DNA of 64,000 nucleotides. Source: an uncultured Chloroflexia bacterium (GTDB lineage Bacteria > Chloroflexota > Anaerolineae > Anaerolineales > UBA11579). A program made the translations under genes and the position numbers. Positions within the stretch are counted from its first letter, which is position 1; every line of letters starts with the position of its first letter. Below the pieces are notes generated by a model, which saw only the letters and a list, made by a program, of their open reading frames with translations, was not told the DNA's origin and made no database searches. Below, one piece after another: positions 1 through 11,972 of this stretch. The stretch is from contig CAWCOT010000006.1 in NCBI GenBank assembly GCA_963797275.1, positions 64,640 through 128,639 on the forward strand. The letters run 5' to 3'.

Positions 1-1
1 G

Positions 2-532
2 AATGCACCGTTGGCCTTGGAGCAAATACGGCAAGTAATGCAGCCTGGCGGGGTTTTCCTTCTGGAATACGCCAACAAACACAATCTGAAATCCATTTTC
101 CGCTATTGGATGGGCAGGCAGGATTGGAGCCCATTCGATCTTAATCCAGTCGAGTTCATCCCGCTAAATTTCGATTTCCACCCTGCAGCCATGCGTAGCT
201 GGCTGCAAAAAGCCGGCTTCCGCCTGCGGAAGCAGCTGACAGTGTCGCATTTCCGTTCAGGTTGGGCCAAGCAGCACGTGCCGCTCAGCGCGCTGGTGAG
301 TATGGACGCACTTCTCCAACCCACCGGCGCCCTGTGGCAGTACACACCTAGTGTGTTCATACGCGCCGAAGCCAAGGAGGGCACTGCCGTGGCTAAGCCA
401 GGCAGCTTCTTCAAATGTCCGGAATGCGACTCTCCGTTGACACTGAGCGGCAGGGAGGCAGAAGCCTGTCCAGGGTGCGGGCGCAAGTGGGGCATGAAGA
501 ACGGCATCTACAATTTCAAACAAGCGTTGTAA
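2..532 (+). CDS. SAM-dependent methyltransferase, C-terminal part (5' end outside window), fused to a Trm112-like zinc ribbon
   Basis: Frame is open to the window edge. Tail FFKCPECDSPL...CPGCGRKWGMKNGIYNF has two CxxC pairs plus a GIxxF ending, the Trm112/UPF0434 ribbon pattern. A hairpin terminator follows. Confidence 0.6.
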   Translation, partial: NAPLALEQIRQVMQPGGVFLLEYANKHNLKSIFRYWMGRQDWSPFDLNPVEFIPLNFDFHPAAMRSWLQKAGFRLRKQLTVSHFRSGWAKQHVPLSALVSMDALLQPTGALWQYTPSVFIRAEAKEGTAVAKPGSFFKCPECDSPLTLSGREAEACPGCGRKWGMKNGIYNFKQAL

Positions 533-537
533 AACAG

Positions 538-565
538 AAACGCCACCTGGTTGAGGTGGCGTTTT
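538..565. terminator. Bidirectional intrinsic terminator between convergent genes
   Basis: aaaCGCCACCtggttgaGGTGGCGtttt: 7-bp GC stem flanked by an A-run and a T-run. Confidence 0.7.
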
Positions 566-584
566 GATTTTGCGAGAAGGAAGC

Positions 585-1382
585 CTAGCTACCCTTGTTC
601 TGCAATTCGTAATCAATAATCTGCGAAAAGACCGAATAAGGCTGGGCGCCAATCACCGCAATGCCATTGATGAAGAACGTAGGTGTGGAGCTAACCCCCA
701 ATTGCACGGCATAGTTGTAATCGGTTTGAACTTGGTCGGTGTATTTCTGGTCTTGATAACAAGCGTTAAAGTCGTTCATATTCAAGCCAAGCTGCTCCGC
801 ATAGGCGGTATACGCGTCGTCGCCAAGTTCCTGCTGGCCGCTGAAAAGTAGGTCGTGGTACTCCCAGAATTGTCCCTGCTCCTGAGCGCAGTGCGAGGCA
901 AGCGCCGCGGGAAAAGCCTGAGGGTGGATACTGCTAAGCGGAAAATCCTTGTAGACGAAGCGTATCTTATCTCCGTAGTTCGCCTGCAATTGGGGATAAG
1001 TTTCTTGGGCATGGCGCTGGCAATAGGGGCATTGGAAATCGGCAAACTCGATGATGGTGATGGGCGCATCGGCAGATCCGAGCACAGGGTCATCAGCATT
1101 GATGGGAATATCGTAACGCTGAGAGACGATATCGCCGTTGTTGGCCGAAGCCACGGTGTCAGCCGCGCTGGCCGAGTTGGCACCTGCGCCAGGCCCCTGA
1201 CCCCAGGCAAGATAGCCTACTAACAAACCAGCGAGGAAACCGACCGGAATTAGAGCTGCATAGAAATGATGACGCTTGACTTCAAAATGCAGAACATCTT
1301 CTTCTTCCACAGGCTTGGCCCCGGAGGCGGATTTCTTTGTGGCGGTTTTTGCGGGTAGCTTTGCACTTGGCATGGGCGGCAT
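585..1382 (-). CDS. DsbA-family thiol:disulfide oxidoreductase, membrane-anchored
   Basis: FADFQCPYCQRH thioredoxin-fold CxxC motif and an N-terminal TM helix (FYAALIPVGFLAGLLVGYLAW). The ORF opens at TTG 1430, but the first ATG is at 1382. Confidence 0.8.
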   Translation of the reverse strand: MPPMPSAKLPAKTATKKSASGAKPVEEEDVLHFEVKRHHFYAALIPVGFLAGLLVGYLAWGQGPGAGANSASAADTVASANNGDIVSQRYDIPINADDPVLGSADAPITIIEFADFQCPYCQRHAQETYPQLQANYGDKIRFVYKDFPLSSIHPQAFPAALASHCAQEQGQFWEYHDLLFSGQQELGDDAYTAYAEQLGLNMNDFNACYQDQKYTDQVQTDYNYAVQLGVSSTPTFFINGIAVIGAQPYSVFSQIIDYELQNKGS

Positions 1383-1414
1383 TATATCCCAGCCAAAACG
1401 TATAATGCTGACAA

Positions 1415-2173
1415 ATGAGCAAGGAATCAAGCATTCAAAGCCTGGAGTTATCGACCCCCTGGATGAACGCCGCCGGCAGCCTGGGTTTTACGCCTGACCC
1501 GAACAATCCTGGGATCCTTGAGGGGTTGGGCACATTTGTGACCAACCCCATAAGCGCCCGCCCACGGCGGGCTGGCAAGTTGCCGCGGGTGGTGGAAATC
1601 CCGGGAGGAGCGCTGCTGCACACCGGACACCCTAACCCGGGGGTAACAAACGCCCTGAAGCGCCACGCCGCCTCTTGGGCCAAGGCACCCTTGCCCATCA
1701 TCGTGCATATATTTGCCGATAAGCCGGAGGAACTGCGCAAAATGCTGCTGCGCGTGGAGGAACTAGAAAATATTTTGGCGATAGAAGTGGGCTTTAGTGC
1801 CGACGCCTCGGCCGAGTTGGTTTCCAGTCTGGCTCATGCCGCGCAAGGGGAGCTACCCAGCATCATCCAGCTGCCCCTTTTGCGCGCTCTGGAATTGGCC
1901 GAGACGGTTTTAGCCGCGGGAGCAGCTGCAATCAGCCTTGGAGCACCGCGCGGCACCTTGCCCGGTCCGAACGGTAAACCGGTTAGTGGCCGGCTATATG
2001 GATCAGTTGTATTCCCCTTAGCACTGGAAGCGACGTACCAATTAGCCAAACTGAAATCCCCTTTGATTGCTTGCGGTGGCATCCGCAGCCGAGTCGAGGG
2101 TGAAGCCCTGCTGGCCGCGGGCGCTATGGGGGTGCAGTTGGATTTGGCGCTGTGGAAGTCTCGGCTCGGTTGA
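1415..2173 (+). CDS. Dihydroorotate dehydrogenase-like TIM-barrel protein (short, divergent)
   Basis: LELSTPWMNAAGSLGF, GHPNPGV and CGGI segments resemble class-1 DHOD motifs. At 252 aa it is shorter than canonical PyrD. Confidence 0.5.
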   Translation: MSKESSIQSLELSTPWMNAAGSLGFTPDPNNPGILEGLGTFVTNPISARPRRAGKLPRVVEIPGGALLHTGHPNPGVTNALKRHAASWAKAPLPIIVHIFADKPEELRKMLLRVEELENILAIEVGFSADASAELVSSLAHAAQGELPSIIQLPLLRALELAETVLAAGAAAISLGAPRGTLPGPNGKPVSGRLYGSVVFPLALEATYQLAKLKSPLIACGGIRSRVEGEALLAAGAMGVQLDLALWKSRLG

Positions 2174-2181
2174 TCGGCTGG

Positions 2182-2620
2182 CTACTTCTCCAGCCAGATC
2201 GTCATCGGCCCGTCATTATGGATCTCGACCAGCATGTGAGCGCCAAAGCGCCCTGTTTGGGTGGGGACACCTTGGGCTGCCAATAATTCTGCGAAACGCG
2301 TTACCAACGTCTCGGCTAACTCGGGAGGCGCGGCATCCACGAAGGAGGGCCGACGCCCTTTGGCTATATCGGCATACAAGGTGAACTGCGACACTACCAA
2401 AGCAGAAGCGCCTACATCCAGCAAAGATAAGTTGATTTTTCCATGCTCATCCTCAAAGATGCGCAAGTTGGCGGTCTTCTCCGCCAGATATTGGGCCCGA
2501 GCTTCCCCATCGCCACTCCCCACTCCTAGAAGGACTACTACGCCGCGCTCAATACGGGCCAATTCCTGACCCTCCACGCTCACGGCCGCGGAGCTGACTT
2601 CTCTGAAGCAAAGCTCTCAT
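2182..2620 (-). CDS. dtd: D-aminoacyl-tRNA deacylase, reading frame interrupted by a 1-nt insertion near 2599-2602 as sequenced
   Basis: The ORF from GTG 2583 has the SQFTLYAD Dtd motif but lacks the N-terminal strand. ATG at 2620 encodes MRALLQR in the +1 frame. Removing one A from CAGAGAAGTC gives MRALLQRVSSAAVSVEGQ..., a typical Dtd N-terminus, and a 145-aa product. Confidence 0.8.
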
Positions 2621-2645
2621 CGCCGCGGAGTATATCATCGCGGCG

Positions 2646-3398
2646 ATGCAGCCTTGCCGTATAATTTCCGGCGTGTCTCAGACCCCTTTTCTCTCGCTGA
2701 TCATCCCCGCCTTCAATGAAGAGAAGCGGCTTCCGGAAACCTTGCTGCAGGTGCATAACTTCATTAGTGCCCAAAAATATTCCAGTGAGGTGCTGGTAAT
2801 TGAGAATGGCAGCCTAGACAAGACCTATCAAGTGGCAAAGGCCTTCTGCGAAAAGCATTCGCACTTTAGCGTGCAGCGAGCCGCGGCGCGTGGCAAGGGG
2901 CTGGCCGTCCAACAAGGCATGTTGGCCGCCACCGGTCAGTACCGCATCATGTTGGACGCTGACCTTTCCATGCCCATTGAAGAGGTCAATCGCTTCCTGC
3001 CTCCGAATGGAGAAAAAGCCGACATTGTCATTGCTTCCCGGGAGGCCCCAGGGGCCGTGCGCTATAAGGAGCCGGGCTTTCGCCATTTAGGCGGGCGCTT
3101 GATCAATACCATGATCCGCCTGCTGGCGCTGCCAGGTTTACAAGACACACAGTGCGGCTTTAAAGGATTTCGCGGGGGAGTAGCAACAGATTTATTCAGC
3201 AAACAAACGATCCTTGGTTGGGCTTTTGATGTCGAAATCCTTTACATGGCGCGGTTGCGCGGCTATTCTATTGAGGAACTCCCCATCCCCTGGTATTACC
3301 GCTCCCAAAGCCACGTACGGCCCTTCCATGATACGTTCCAAATCTTCTTCGACATCCTTCGAATCAAAGCCAATGCCCGCAAGGGACGCTACGACTAA
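2646..3398 (+). CDS. Family-2 glycosyltransferase (polyprenyl-phosphate hexosyltransferase-like)
   Basis: LSLIIPAFNEEKRLPETL, LDADLSMP (DxD) and QCGFKGF motifs. Confidence 0.8.
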   Translation: MQPCRIISGVSQTPFLSLIIPAFNEEKRLPETLLQVHNFISAQKYSSEVLVIENGSLDKTYQVAKAFCEKHSHFSVQRAAARGKGLAVQQGMLAATGQYRIMLDADLSMPIEEVNRFLPPNGEKADIVIASREAPGAVRYKEPGFRHLGGRLINTMIRLLALPGLQDTQCGFKGFRGGVATDLFSKQTILGWAFDVEILYMARLRGYSIEELPIPWYYRSQSHVRPFHDTFQIFFDILRIKANARKGRYD

Positions 3399-4038
3399 AC
3401 CCACTAAACATAGAGGGGTGCCCGCCTATCCCGGCTTGACAATCGAAAAGCCGTTATGGAGGCGAGGAGTTACCCTACTCGCTGGCATCGACGAAGTGGG
3501 CCGCGGTGCAGTGGCGGGCCCGGTGTACGCTGCTGCTGTGATCTTGCCGGCCCGCCAAAGTATCTTGTCTGACCTATGTGGTGTACGTGACTCCAAACAG
3601 ATGACTGCCGCCGAGCGTGAGGAATGGGCGCCTAAGATTCATGAGAAGGCTGTGGCGTTTGCCATTGCCTGGGCCAGTTGCAAAGAGATTGATCGCTACG
3701 GTATCGCTCCAGCCACGAAACTGGCCGCCCGACGAGCACTGAAGGCGCTATCCCGCGGACCCCAGCATTTGCTCCTCGACTACATCAAGCTCGAAAAAGT
3801 GGCGTTGCCCCAAACATCCCTGATATCCGGCGACGCCATCTGCTTGAGCATAGCAGCGGCCTCTGTGATTGCCAAGGTGGCACGCGACGCAGAATTATGT
3901 CTACTGGATAAACGCTTTCCGAACTACGGATTCGCCTCCCATAAAGGGTATGCCACCGAGGAACATCGCCTGGCCATCCAGCGCCATGGCCCCAGCCCGC
4001 AGCACCGGCTTAGCTTCGCCCCGATACGGATGACATGA
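3373..4038 (+). CDS. rnhB: Ribonuclease HII
   Basis: LLAGIDEVGRGAVAGPVYAAAV (DEVGRG catalytic motif) and DSKQM. The start is chosen at the first internal ATG; the ORF opens at 3214 inside the preceding gene. Confidence 0.85.
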   Translation: MPARDATTKPTKHRGVPAYPGLTIEKPLWRRGVTLLAGIDEVGRGAVAGPVYAAAVILPARQSILSDLCGVRDSKQMTAAEREEWAPKIHEKAVAFAIAWASCKEIDRYGIAPATKLAARRALKALSRGPQHLLLDYIKLEKVALPQTSLISGDAICLSIAAASVIAKVARDAELCLLDKRFPNYGFASHKGYATEEHRLAIQRHGPSPQHRLSFAPIRMT

Positions 4039-5474
4039 AGACCTTGGCAGGTTTCCTGCTGATCAGTTTCCTCCTTGCCGCTTGTTCAGCTGCCAATTTA
4101 CCTACCGCAATAATAGCTGTCCATTCCGAAACACCCAAAGCCCCAACGCCCACAATCACCTCCACTCTTGAGCCAAGGCTCACTACACTGCCTTTAACCC
4201 AAGAACCTGTACGGCCAAACTACGACCTTGATGTGCAGTTTGATTATGGGGGGCATAGCTTGCTGGTAGATGAAACTATCTACTATGCAAACAATAGTTC
4301 AGATGCATTAGGCGAAATAAACCTGGTAATCGACGCCCAGCGGCAAGCTGATTTCGAGTTACTAGGCCTGAAATCCGAAAGCGGGCCTGAGGTCAAAGGA
4401 ACCCAGCTGGCCGACGGAATTTTGACTGTGTCGCTGGCCTCGCCGCTTGCTCCCGGCACCCAAATGGAACTAAACATTGAATACACCCTCCAGCTGCAGC
4501 AGAAACTGGATGTACTGGCTTGGTCGCAAAGCCAAACCAACTTCATCGACTGGTACCCGTATGTCGCTCCATATGTAAGTGGCGACTGGCTGATTCGCGC
4601 CCCCGCTTTGGTCGGTGAACACGGCGTCTTCGAAAGCTCGGATTTCTCCGTGCATATTCAGGTGAACAATGCACCGACCAGCCTGCAACTGGCTGCGGCT
4701 GCGCCGGCCAGCAAAGATGGAGCAACCTGGAACTATACGTTAAATGCAGCGCGGCGCTTTGTGTGGTCCGCCAGTGGACGTTACCAGGTTTTGCAAACCA
4801 AGCAGGCCGACATTCCCATTAGAATTTATTTCTTCGAAGAGCAACGCGATGCGGCGGAAGCATCGTTGGAAATTGCCAAGCAAGCAGTCGAAATCTATTC
4901 AAACCTATTCGGGCCATACCCCTACCCCAGCCTCTCGATCGTGGAAGGACTGTTCTTTGACGGAATGGAATCAGACGGGTTGTTTTTCCTTCCACAGGAT
5001 TATTTCACCGAATATTCATACAACAGGAAAAACTACCTGACGGCACTCACGGCGCATGAGATCGCCCACAATTGGTGGTTCGGTCAGGTGGGCAATGACC
5101 AGGCCACTGAACCCTGGCTGGATGAAGCACCTTCCATTTACAGCGAATTGCTGTATTACGAGAGTGCTTACCCGAATCTCGTGGATTGGTGGTGGGATTA
5201 CCGCATCAACCGTTTCGAACCTACGGGGTGGATCAACAGCACGGTTTATGACTTTACGGAATTTGCGCCTTATGTGCACGCAGTATATATGCGCGGGGCG
5301 CAGTTCCTACAGGAAGCCAGGGATGCCATGGGTGACCAGGCATTTTTCGATTTTCTACGCGAATATTCTCAGCAAGGCACTGGAAGAATCATGACGCGGC
5401 CTGACTTCATGGGGCTTTTGCAAGCTCACAGTTCTGTGGACCTGCAAGGTATTGTCTCAAATTATTTTCACTAG
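4035..5474 (+). CDS. M1-family (gluzincin) metallopeptidase lipoprotein
   Basis: Lipobox LLAAC. HEIAHNWWFGQVGNDQATEPWLDE is HExxH-X18-E. ATGA overlap with the rnhB stop. Confidence 0.7.
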   Translation: MKTLAGFLLISFLLAACSAANLPTAIIAVHSETPKAPTPTITSTLEPRLTTLPLTQEPVRPNYDLDVQFDYGGHSLLVDETIYYANNSSDALGEINLVIDAQRQADFELLGLKSESGPEVKGTQLADGILTVSLASPLAPGTQMELNIEYTLQLQQKLDVLAWSQSQTNFIDWYPYVAPYVSGDWLIRAPALVGEHGVFESSDFSVHIQVNNAPTSLQLAAAAPASKDGATWNYTLNAARRFVWSASGRYQVLQTKQADIPIRIYFFEEQRDAAEASLEIAKQAVEIYSNLFGPYPYPSLSIVEGLFFDGMESDGLFFLPQDYFTEYSYNRKNYLTALTAHEIAHNWWFGQVGNDQATEPWLDEAPSIYSELLYYESAYPNLVDWWWDYRINRFEPTGWINSTVYDFTEFAPYVHAVYMRGAQFLQEARDAMGDQAFFDFLREYSQQGTGRIMTRPDFMGLLQAHSSVDLQGIVSNYFH

Positions 5475-6073
5475 GATGTGTATAAGCCGCGTTGGCGGAT
5501 GATCTCGTAGACCGCGCCTGGTAGATAGAAGCGATAGTGGCCGCCATCCCGGACGCGCTCACGGATCTCGCTGGATGAAATTTCCAGCAAAGGTGCGTCC
5601 ACGAATTCAAGTTTGGCGCTCAGCCCAGGCAGTTCTCGTTCCAATTCATCCAAATGATTGTGGGTGCCCGGGCGGCGCATAACCCCCAAGCCACTGCAAG
5701 CCTCCAGGAATTCTTGCGGGCGGTCCCAATTAGGCAGGTCGTGCAATGAGTCGCCGCCGATCAAGTAAACTAACTCCGTGCCTTCAAACTCTTCAGCCAG
5801 CCGGCGAACCGTATCCAATGCGTAGTGCGGACCCGGACGATCCATTTCGACGCGTGACAACTCGAAGATGCTCTGGCCACGCGTGGCGGCTTGTAGCATG
5901 TCCCAGCGGTCTTTCACAGGTGCGATGGGCTGGCCACGCTTATGGGGCGGGTCGGCTGTGAGCACGAAAAGCACTTTCTCCAATTTGAGTTGAGATTGCG
6001 CCTCCGCAGCCAGGATTAGGTGGCCCAGATGCACTGGGTCGAAGGTGCCACCGAACACACCCAGGCGCCTCAT
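5471..6073 (-). CDS. nadD: Nicotinate-nucleotide adenylyltransferase
   Basis: GVFGGTFDPVHLGHL nucleotidyltransferase motif. The ATG at 6073 forms an ATGA overlap with the obg stop. Confidence 0.9.
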   Translation of the reverse strand: MRRLGVFGGTFDPVHLGHLILAAEAQSQLKLEKVLFVLTADPPHKRGQPIAPVKDRWDMLQAATRGQSIFELSRVEMDRPGPHYALDTVRRLAEEFEGTELVYLIGGDSLHDLPNWDRPQEFLEACSGLGVMRRPGTHNHLDELERELPGLSAKLEFVDAPLLEISSSEIRERVRDGGHYRFYLPGAVYEIIRQRGLYTS

Positions 6074-7342
6074 GCCTGCCATTCCAGTTCGTACTCGCCT
6101 ATGCGCACAGTATCGCCATCTTTCACTCCTGCCTCACGCAGGGCCACATCAACGCCCAAACGCTGCAGCAATCGCTGGAAACGGCGTACGGATTGATCGT
6201 ACTCCCAGTAAGTCATTGCAGCGGCACGCTCCAGAGAGGCGCCCTTGAGGCGCCAAGCCGGGCCTTCGCGCTCCACTTGAAACTCGCTGGGATCTGCTGC
6301 CGGTCGGTATACCGGAAGCGCAATTTCTTTTTGGGGTTCCGGCAACTCCGCCAAGGCTTGGGCGGCGCGGCCCAACAATTTGCGGACATCTTGTCCTGTG
6401 GCGGCTGAGACTGCCATAGAAGAGTACCCCTGCTTTTTTAGCGCTTTCTCCACTTGAGGCCAATGCGCCTGCGCCTCCGGAATATCCATCTTATTAAAGG
6501 CCACAATCTGGGGTTTGGCCGCCAAGTCGGGGTCGAACAAGGCCAACTCACTGTTGATCTGCGAGAAATCGGCCAATGGGTCCTCCGCAAGGCCATCCAG
6601 CATATGGATAAGAACACGCGTGCGCTGGATGTGGCGCAGGAAATCGTGACCCAAACCTTTGCCCTCATGGGCGCCCTCTATCAATCCGGGAATGTCTGCC
6701 AATACCAGATTGGTCTTTTCGTCGAGAGCGGCCACGCCGAGGGTGGGCTGCAATGTTGTAAATGGGTAATTGGCTATCTTGGGTTTGGCATTGGTGATGA
6801 GAGGCCAGCAAGGTGGATTTGCCTGCATTAGGTACGCCTACGATGCCGATATCGGCGATTAGCTTAAGTTCCAGGCGCAGCAGCTTTTCTTTGCCCGGTT
6901 CACCTTTTTCGGCGATGCGTGGCGCCTGGTTGCGCGAATTAGCGAAATGCTGATTGCCACGCCCCCCGCGGCCGCCTTCCAGCACCGTCAACTGCTGACC
7001 GGGTTCGGTGAGGTCCCCGATCAACTCCCCGCTATCCGCAGCCACCACTTGCGTGCCTGAGGGCACCTTGAGCACCAAGTCTTCTGCGCCCCTACCCGAG
7101 CGCTGGCTCGAGCCCCCGGGCCGGCCATCAAGAGCAGCAAATTGCCGCTTAAACCGAAACGTGTACAGGGTACGCATGGAAGCGTCTACCTGCAATATCA
7201 CCGAGCCGCCCCGGCCGCCGTCGCCGCCATCCGGCCCGCCGCGCGGGACGTACAGCTCACGGCGGAAATGCACCATGCCATCGCCACCTTTGCCAGAGCG
7301 CACGGTAATTTCAACTTCGTCGAGGAATTGGGTATCGGGCAT
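6070..7342 (-). CDS. obg: GTPase Obg/CgtA, reading frame interrupted near 6799 as sequenced
   Basis: N-terminal Obg fold ([24 protein letters not shown]...GGDGGRGG) and the P-loop [13 protein letters not shown] lie in ORF 6665-7342. [29 protein letters not shown] and the C-terminal OCT domain lie in ORF 6070-6828. The frames join if one C is removed from GCCTCTCATCACC. Confidence 0.85.
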
Positions 7343-7395
7343 GGCTTGGAGCGGGGATTAGCTTGAATTATATCAACGCGTCATTTGCACCCCGA

Positions 7396-7424
7396 TTGTG
7401 AATGCATTGTACGTGTTTGCACAA
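7396..7424. promoter_or_regulatory. Candidate Rex operator upstream of rex (imperfect)
   Basis: TTGTGAA half-site at 7396-7402, then TTGTACGTGTTTGCACAA at 7407-7424, compared with the Rex consensus TTGTGAA-N4-TTCACAA. There are several mismatches. Confidence 0.3.
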
Positions 7425-7482
7425 ACATTAGTCTGGTGATAAAGTTACTGGTGGAAATCCAAACGCCAGGAGGTTCGCCCGT

Positions 7483-8100
7483 ATGGCCAAACAGATTCCA
7501 GATATTGTCATTGGCCGCTTGCCTGTTTATTTGCGCGCTCTGCTGCAAATGGAGCAGGAGGGCCGCCAGGTCACCAGCTCTCAAGAACTGGGTGAACGGC
7601 TGGGCATTTCGGCAGCACAAATCCGCAAAGACCTCTCTCAATTCGGCGAATTCGGCAAGCAAGGCACTGGCTACAACATCCAGTTCCTGGCCAAGCAACT
7701 CGGTGAAATACTGAAGGTTAACCGGGTTTGGGAAGTGGCAATTGTAGGCGCTGGCGACATTGGCCACGCGCTAGCTGGTTACAACGGCTTTAATAAGCGC
7801 GGTTTTCGCATCGCCATGATCTTTGACAACAACGCTGAGTTAATTGGCGCGCAAGCTGGCGAATTTGCTATCAAGGACAGCCGCACCATGAAGCAGGAAA
7901 TCCAAGCGGCCGGAATTAAAGTGGCCATGATTGCCGTGCCCGCCGCTTATGCCCAGCAAGTAACCGGCGAACTGGTGGAAGCTGGAGTACGTGCGATCCT
8001 AAGTTATGCACCCGTCAATCTCACCGTGCCACCTGGTGTGCACGTGCAAAATATAGACCCGTCCATTCACCTGCAGCGCATGACTTATTATCTAGATTGA
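7483..8100 (+). CDS. rex: Redox-sensing transcriptional repressor Rex
   Basis: RLPVYLRAL winged-helix N-terminus, VAIVGAGDIGHALAGY Rossmann GxGxxG, and an AGGAGG RBS before the ATG. Confidence 0.9.
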   Translation: MAKQIPDIVIGRLPVYLRALLQMEQEGRQVTSSQELGERLGISAAQIRKDLSQFGEFGKQGTGYNIQFLAKQLGEILKVNRVWEVAIVGAGDIGHALAGYNGFNKRGFRIAMIFDNNAELIGAQAGEFAIKDSRTMKQEIQAAGIKVAMIAVPAAYAQQVTGELVEAGVRAILSYAPVNLTVPPGVHVQNIDPSIHLQRMTYYLD

Positions 8101-8121
8101 ACATAAATTAGGACACATCGC

Positions 8122-8154
8122 AAAAAAAACAGCGCCGAGTGACGCTGTTTTTTA
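8122..8154. terminator. Bidirectional terminator between rex and mreB
   Basis: aaaaaaaACAGCGccgagtgaCGCTGTttttt. Confidence 0.65.
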
Positions 8155-8156
8155 TA

Positions 8157-9155
8157 TTATCGGTTAAGTCGCTGCAATGCGGGAGCCATATCCACAGCCC
8201 GCAAGGCGCCATAGGCGGTGCAATTCACGGGATCGTCAACCAAGTAAGAGGGCACACCCAACTTCTGGGTCATTAGGCGATCCATACCGCGCAATAAAGC
8301 CCCACCCCCACATAGAGCCACGCCGCGGTCGATAATATCAGAAGCCAGTTCCGGAGGCGTCTTTTCCAGAACGCGGCGGATCATTTCGAAGATTTCATCT
8401 AAAGTGGGCTGCACAGCCTCTACCACCTCGGATGTGGTAACCGTAAGCGGTCGCGGCAAGCCAGTGATCTGGTCCTGGCCTTGGAGTTCCACGGTGTGCT
8501 CTTCGTCTTGCGGAATGGCCGCCCCCACGCGCAACTTCACCATCTCAGCGGTGCGTTGGCCGATGTGCAGACCATATTTACGTCGTACATACGCCGCAAT
8601 GGCCTCGTCCAGGTCCAGCCCGCCGACACGCAAAGTTTCACCGGAAACCGTATCGTTCATGGCGATCACTGCAGCCTGGGTACAACCGCCGCCCATACTT
8701 ACCACCATGTTGCCAGTGGGGGTGCCCACAGGCAGGTCAATGCCCAGGGCTGCAGCCAACGTTTGCGGTAGCAGATTGGCGTCCCCTATCTGAAGGGCAG
8801 CTTCGTGGACGGCGCGGCGCTCCACGCTGGTCACACCCAGCGGATGGGTGATCATGATGCGCGGTTTGAAGAAACGGACTGAACCGCCAATCTTGCGCAC
8901 CAGGTGCTCCAGCAGGAGTTCTGTGAGTTCATAATAAGCCACTACGCCCTTTTGCAGGGGTCGAATGACCTCGATGGATTCTTCCATAACTCGGCCCACC
9001 ATACCCAGGGCTTCTTCACCCACAGCCACGATCTTTTGCTCGTCAACATCTACTGCCACTATAGTGGGTTCCTGCACCACAATGTTTCCGCCTTCAACAA
9101 TGCGGATGAACATAGTGCCTAGGTCGATACCTAGTTCACGGGATAGGATAGCCAT
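8157..9155 (-). CDS. mreB: Rod-shape-determining actin homologue MreB
   Basis: GIDLGT phosphate-1 motif, GGGCTQAAV, LCGGGALLRG; 332 aa. Confidence 0.9.
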   Translation of the reverse strand: MAILSRELGIDLGTMFIRIVEGGNIVVQEPTIVAVDVDEQKIVAVGEEALGMVGRVMEESIEVIRPLQKGVVAYYELTELLLEHLVRKIGGSVRFFKPRIMITHPLGVTSVERRAVHEAALQIGDANLLPQTLAAALGIDLPVGTPTGNMVVSMGGGCTQAAVIAMNDTVSGETLRVGGLDLDEAIAAYVRRKYGLHIGQRTAEMVKLRVGAAIPQDEEHTVELQGQDQITGLPRPLTVTTSEVVEAVQPTLDEIFEMIRRVLEKTPPELASDIIDRGVALCGGGALLRGMDRLMTQKLGVPSYLVDDPVNCTAYGALRAVDMAPALQRLNR

Positions 9156-9167
9156 TAGAGGGTTATT

Positions 9168-9623
9168 TTACTCGCCGGAACTCTGGGTTGGGAATTCGCG
9201 CCGCGGGCGGCTACGCCCAAAACGTTGCGCCATCTCCAGGCGCAACGTGGAACGTCGCAAGGCCGCCTCAGCGGCAACGCGGTGGGCTTCATCTTCCTTG
9301 GACGGTCCTTCCGCCAAGCGTTGCTCAGCGCGGCGCTTGGCTTCTTCAGCCCGGGCTATATCGATTTCTGCGACGTTCTCAGCTGCGTCAGCCAAGATTG
9401 TCACTATGTTGGGCTGCACTTCCACCAATCCACCCGTGATGGTGAAAACTTGCTCGTCCCTACCCTGCCGAACCTTGATAGCCCCCATGCGGATAGTCGA
9501 CAGCAACGGGGCATGGTTAGGCAAGATACCCATCTCGCCATCCGTCCCGGGAATGACGACGATATCAACGTCACCCTGGAAGACGGTGCGATCTTGAGAG
9601 ACTATCTCGCAACGGATAGGCAT
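9168..9623 (-). CDS. atpC: F1 ATP synthase epsilon subunit
   Basis: Sits directly downstream of atpD. Beta-sandwich N-terminus (CEIVSQDRTVFQGDVDIVVIPG) and a helical C-terminus. Confidence 0.9.
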   Translation of the reverse strand: MPIRCEIVSQDRTVFQGDVDIVVIPGTDGEMGILPNHAPLLSTIRMGAIKVRQGRDEQVFTITGGLVEVQPNIVTILADAAENVAEIDIARAEEAKRRAEQRLAEGPSKEDEAHRVAAEAALRRSTLRLEMAQRFGRSRPRREFPTQSSGE

Positions 9624-9634
9624 GCGACTCTCGG

Positions 9635-11955
<2,321 letters not shown>

Positions 11956-11972
11956 CTATCAGCGAGGGAATC

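Noticed and set aside
7381-7482. A strong canonical Rex box (TTGTGAA-N4-TTCACAA) upstream of rex.
   Set aside because: Only one perfect half-site is present, together with an imperfect 18-mer. It is kept as a low-confidence feature rather than a finding.
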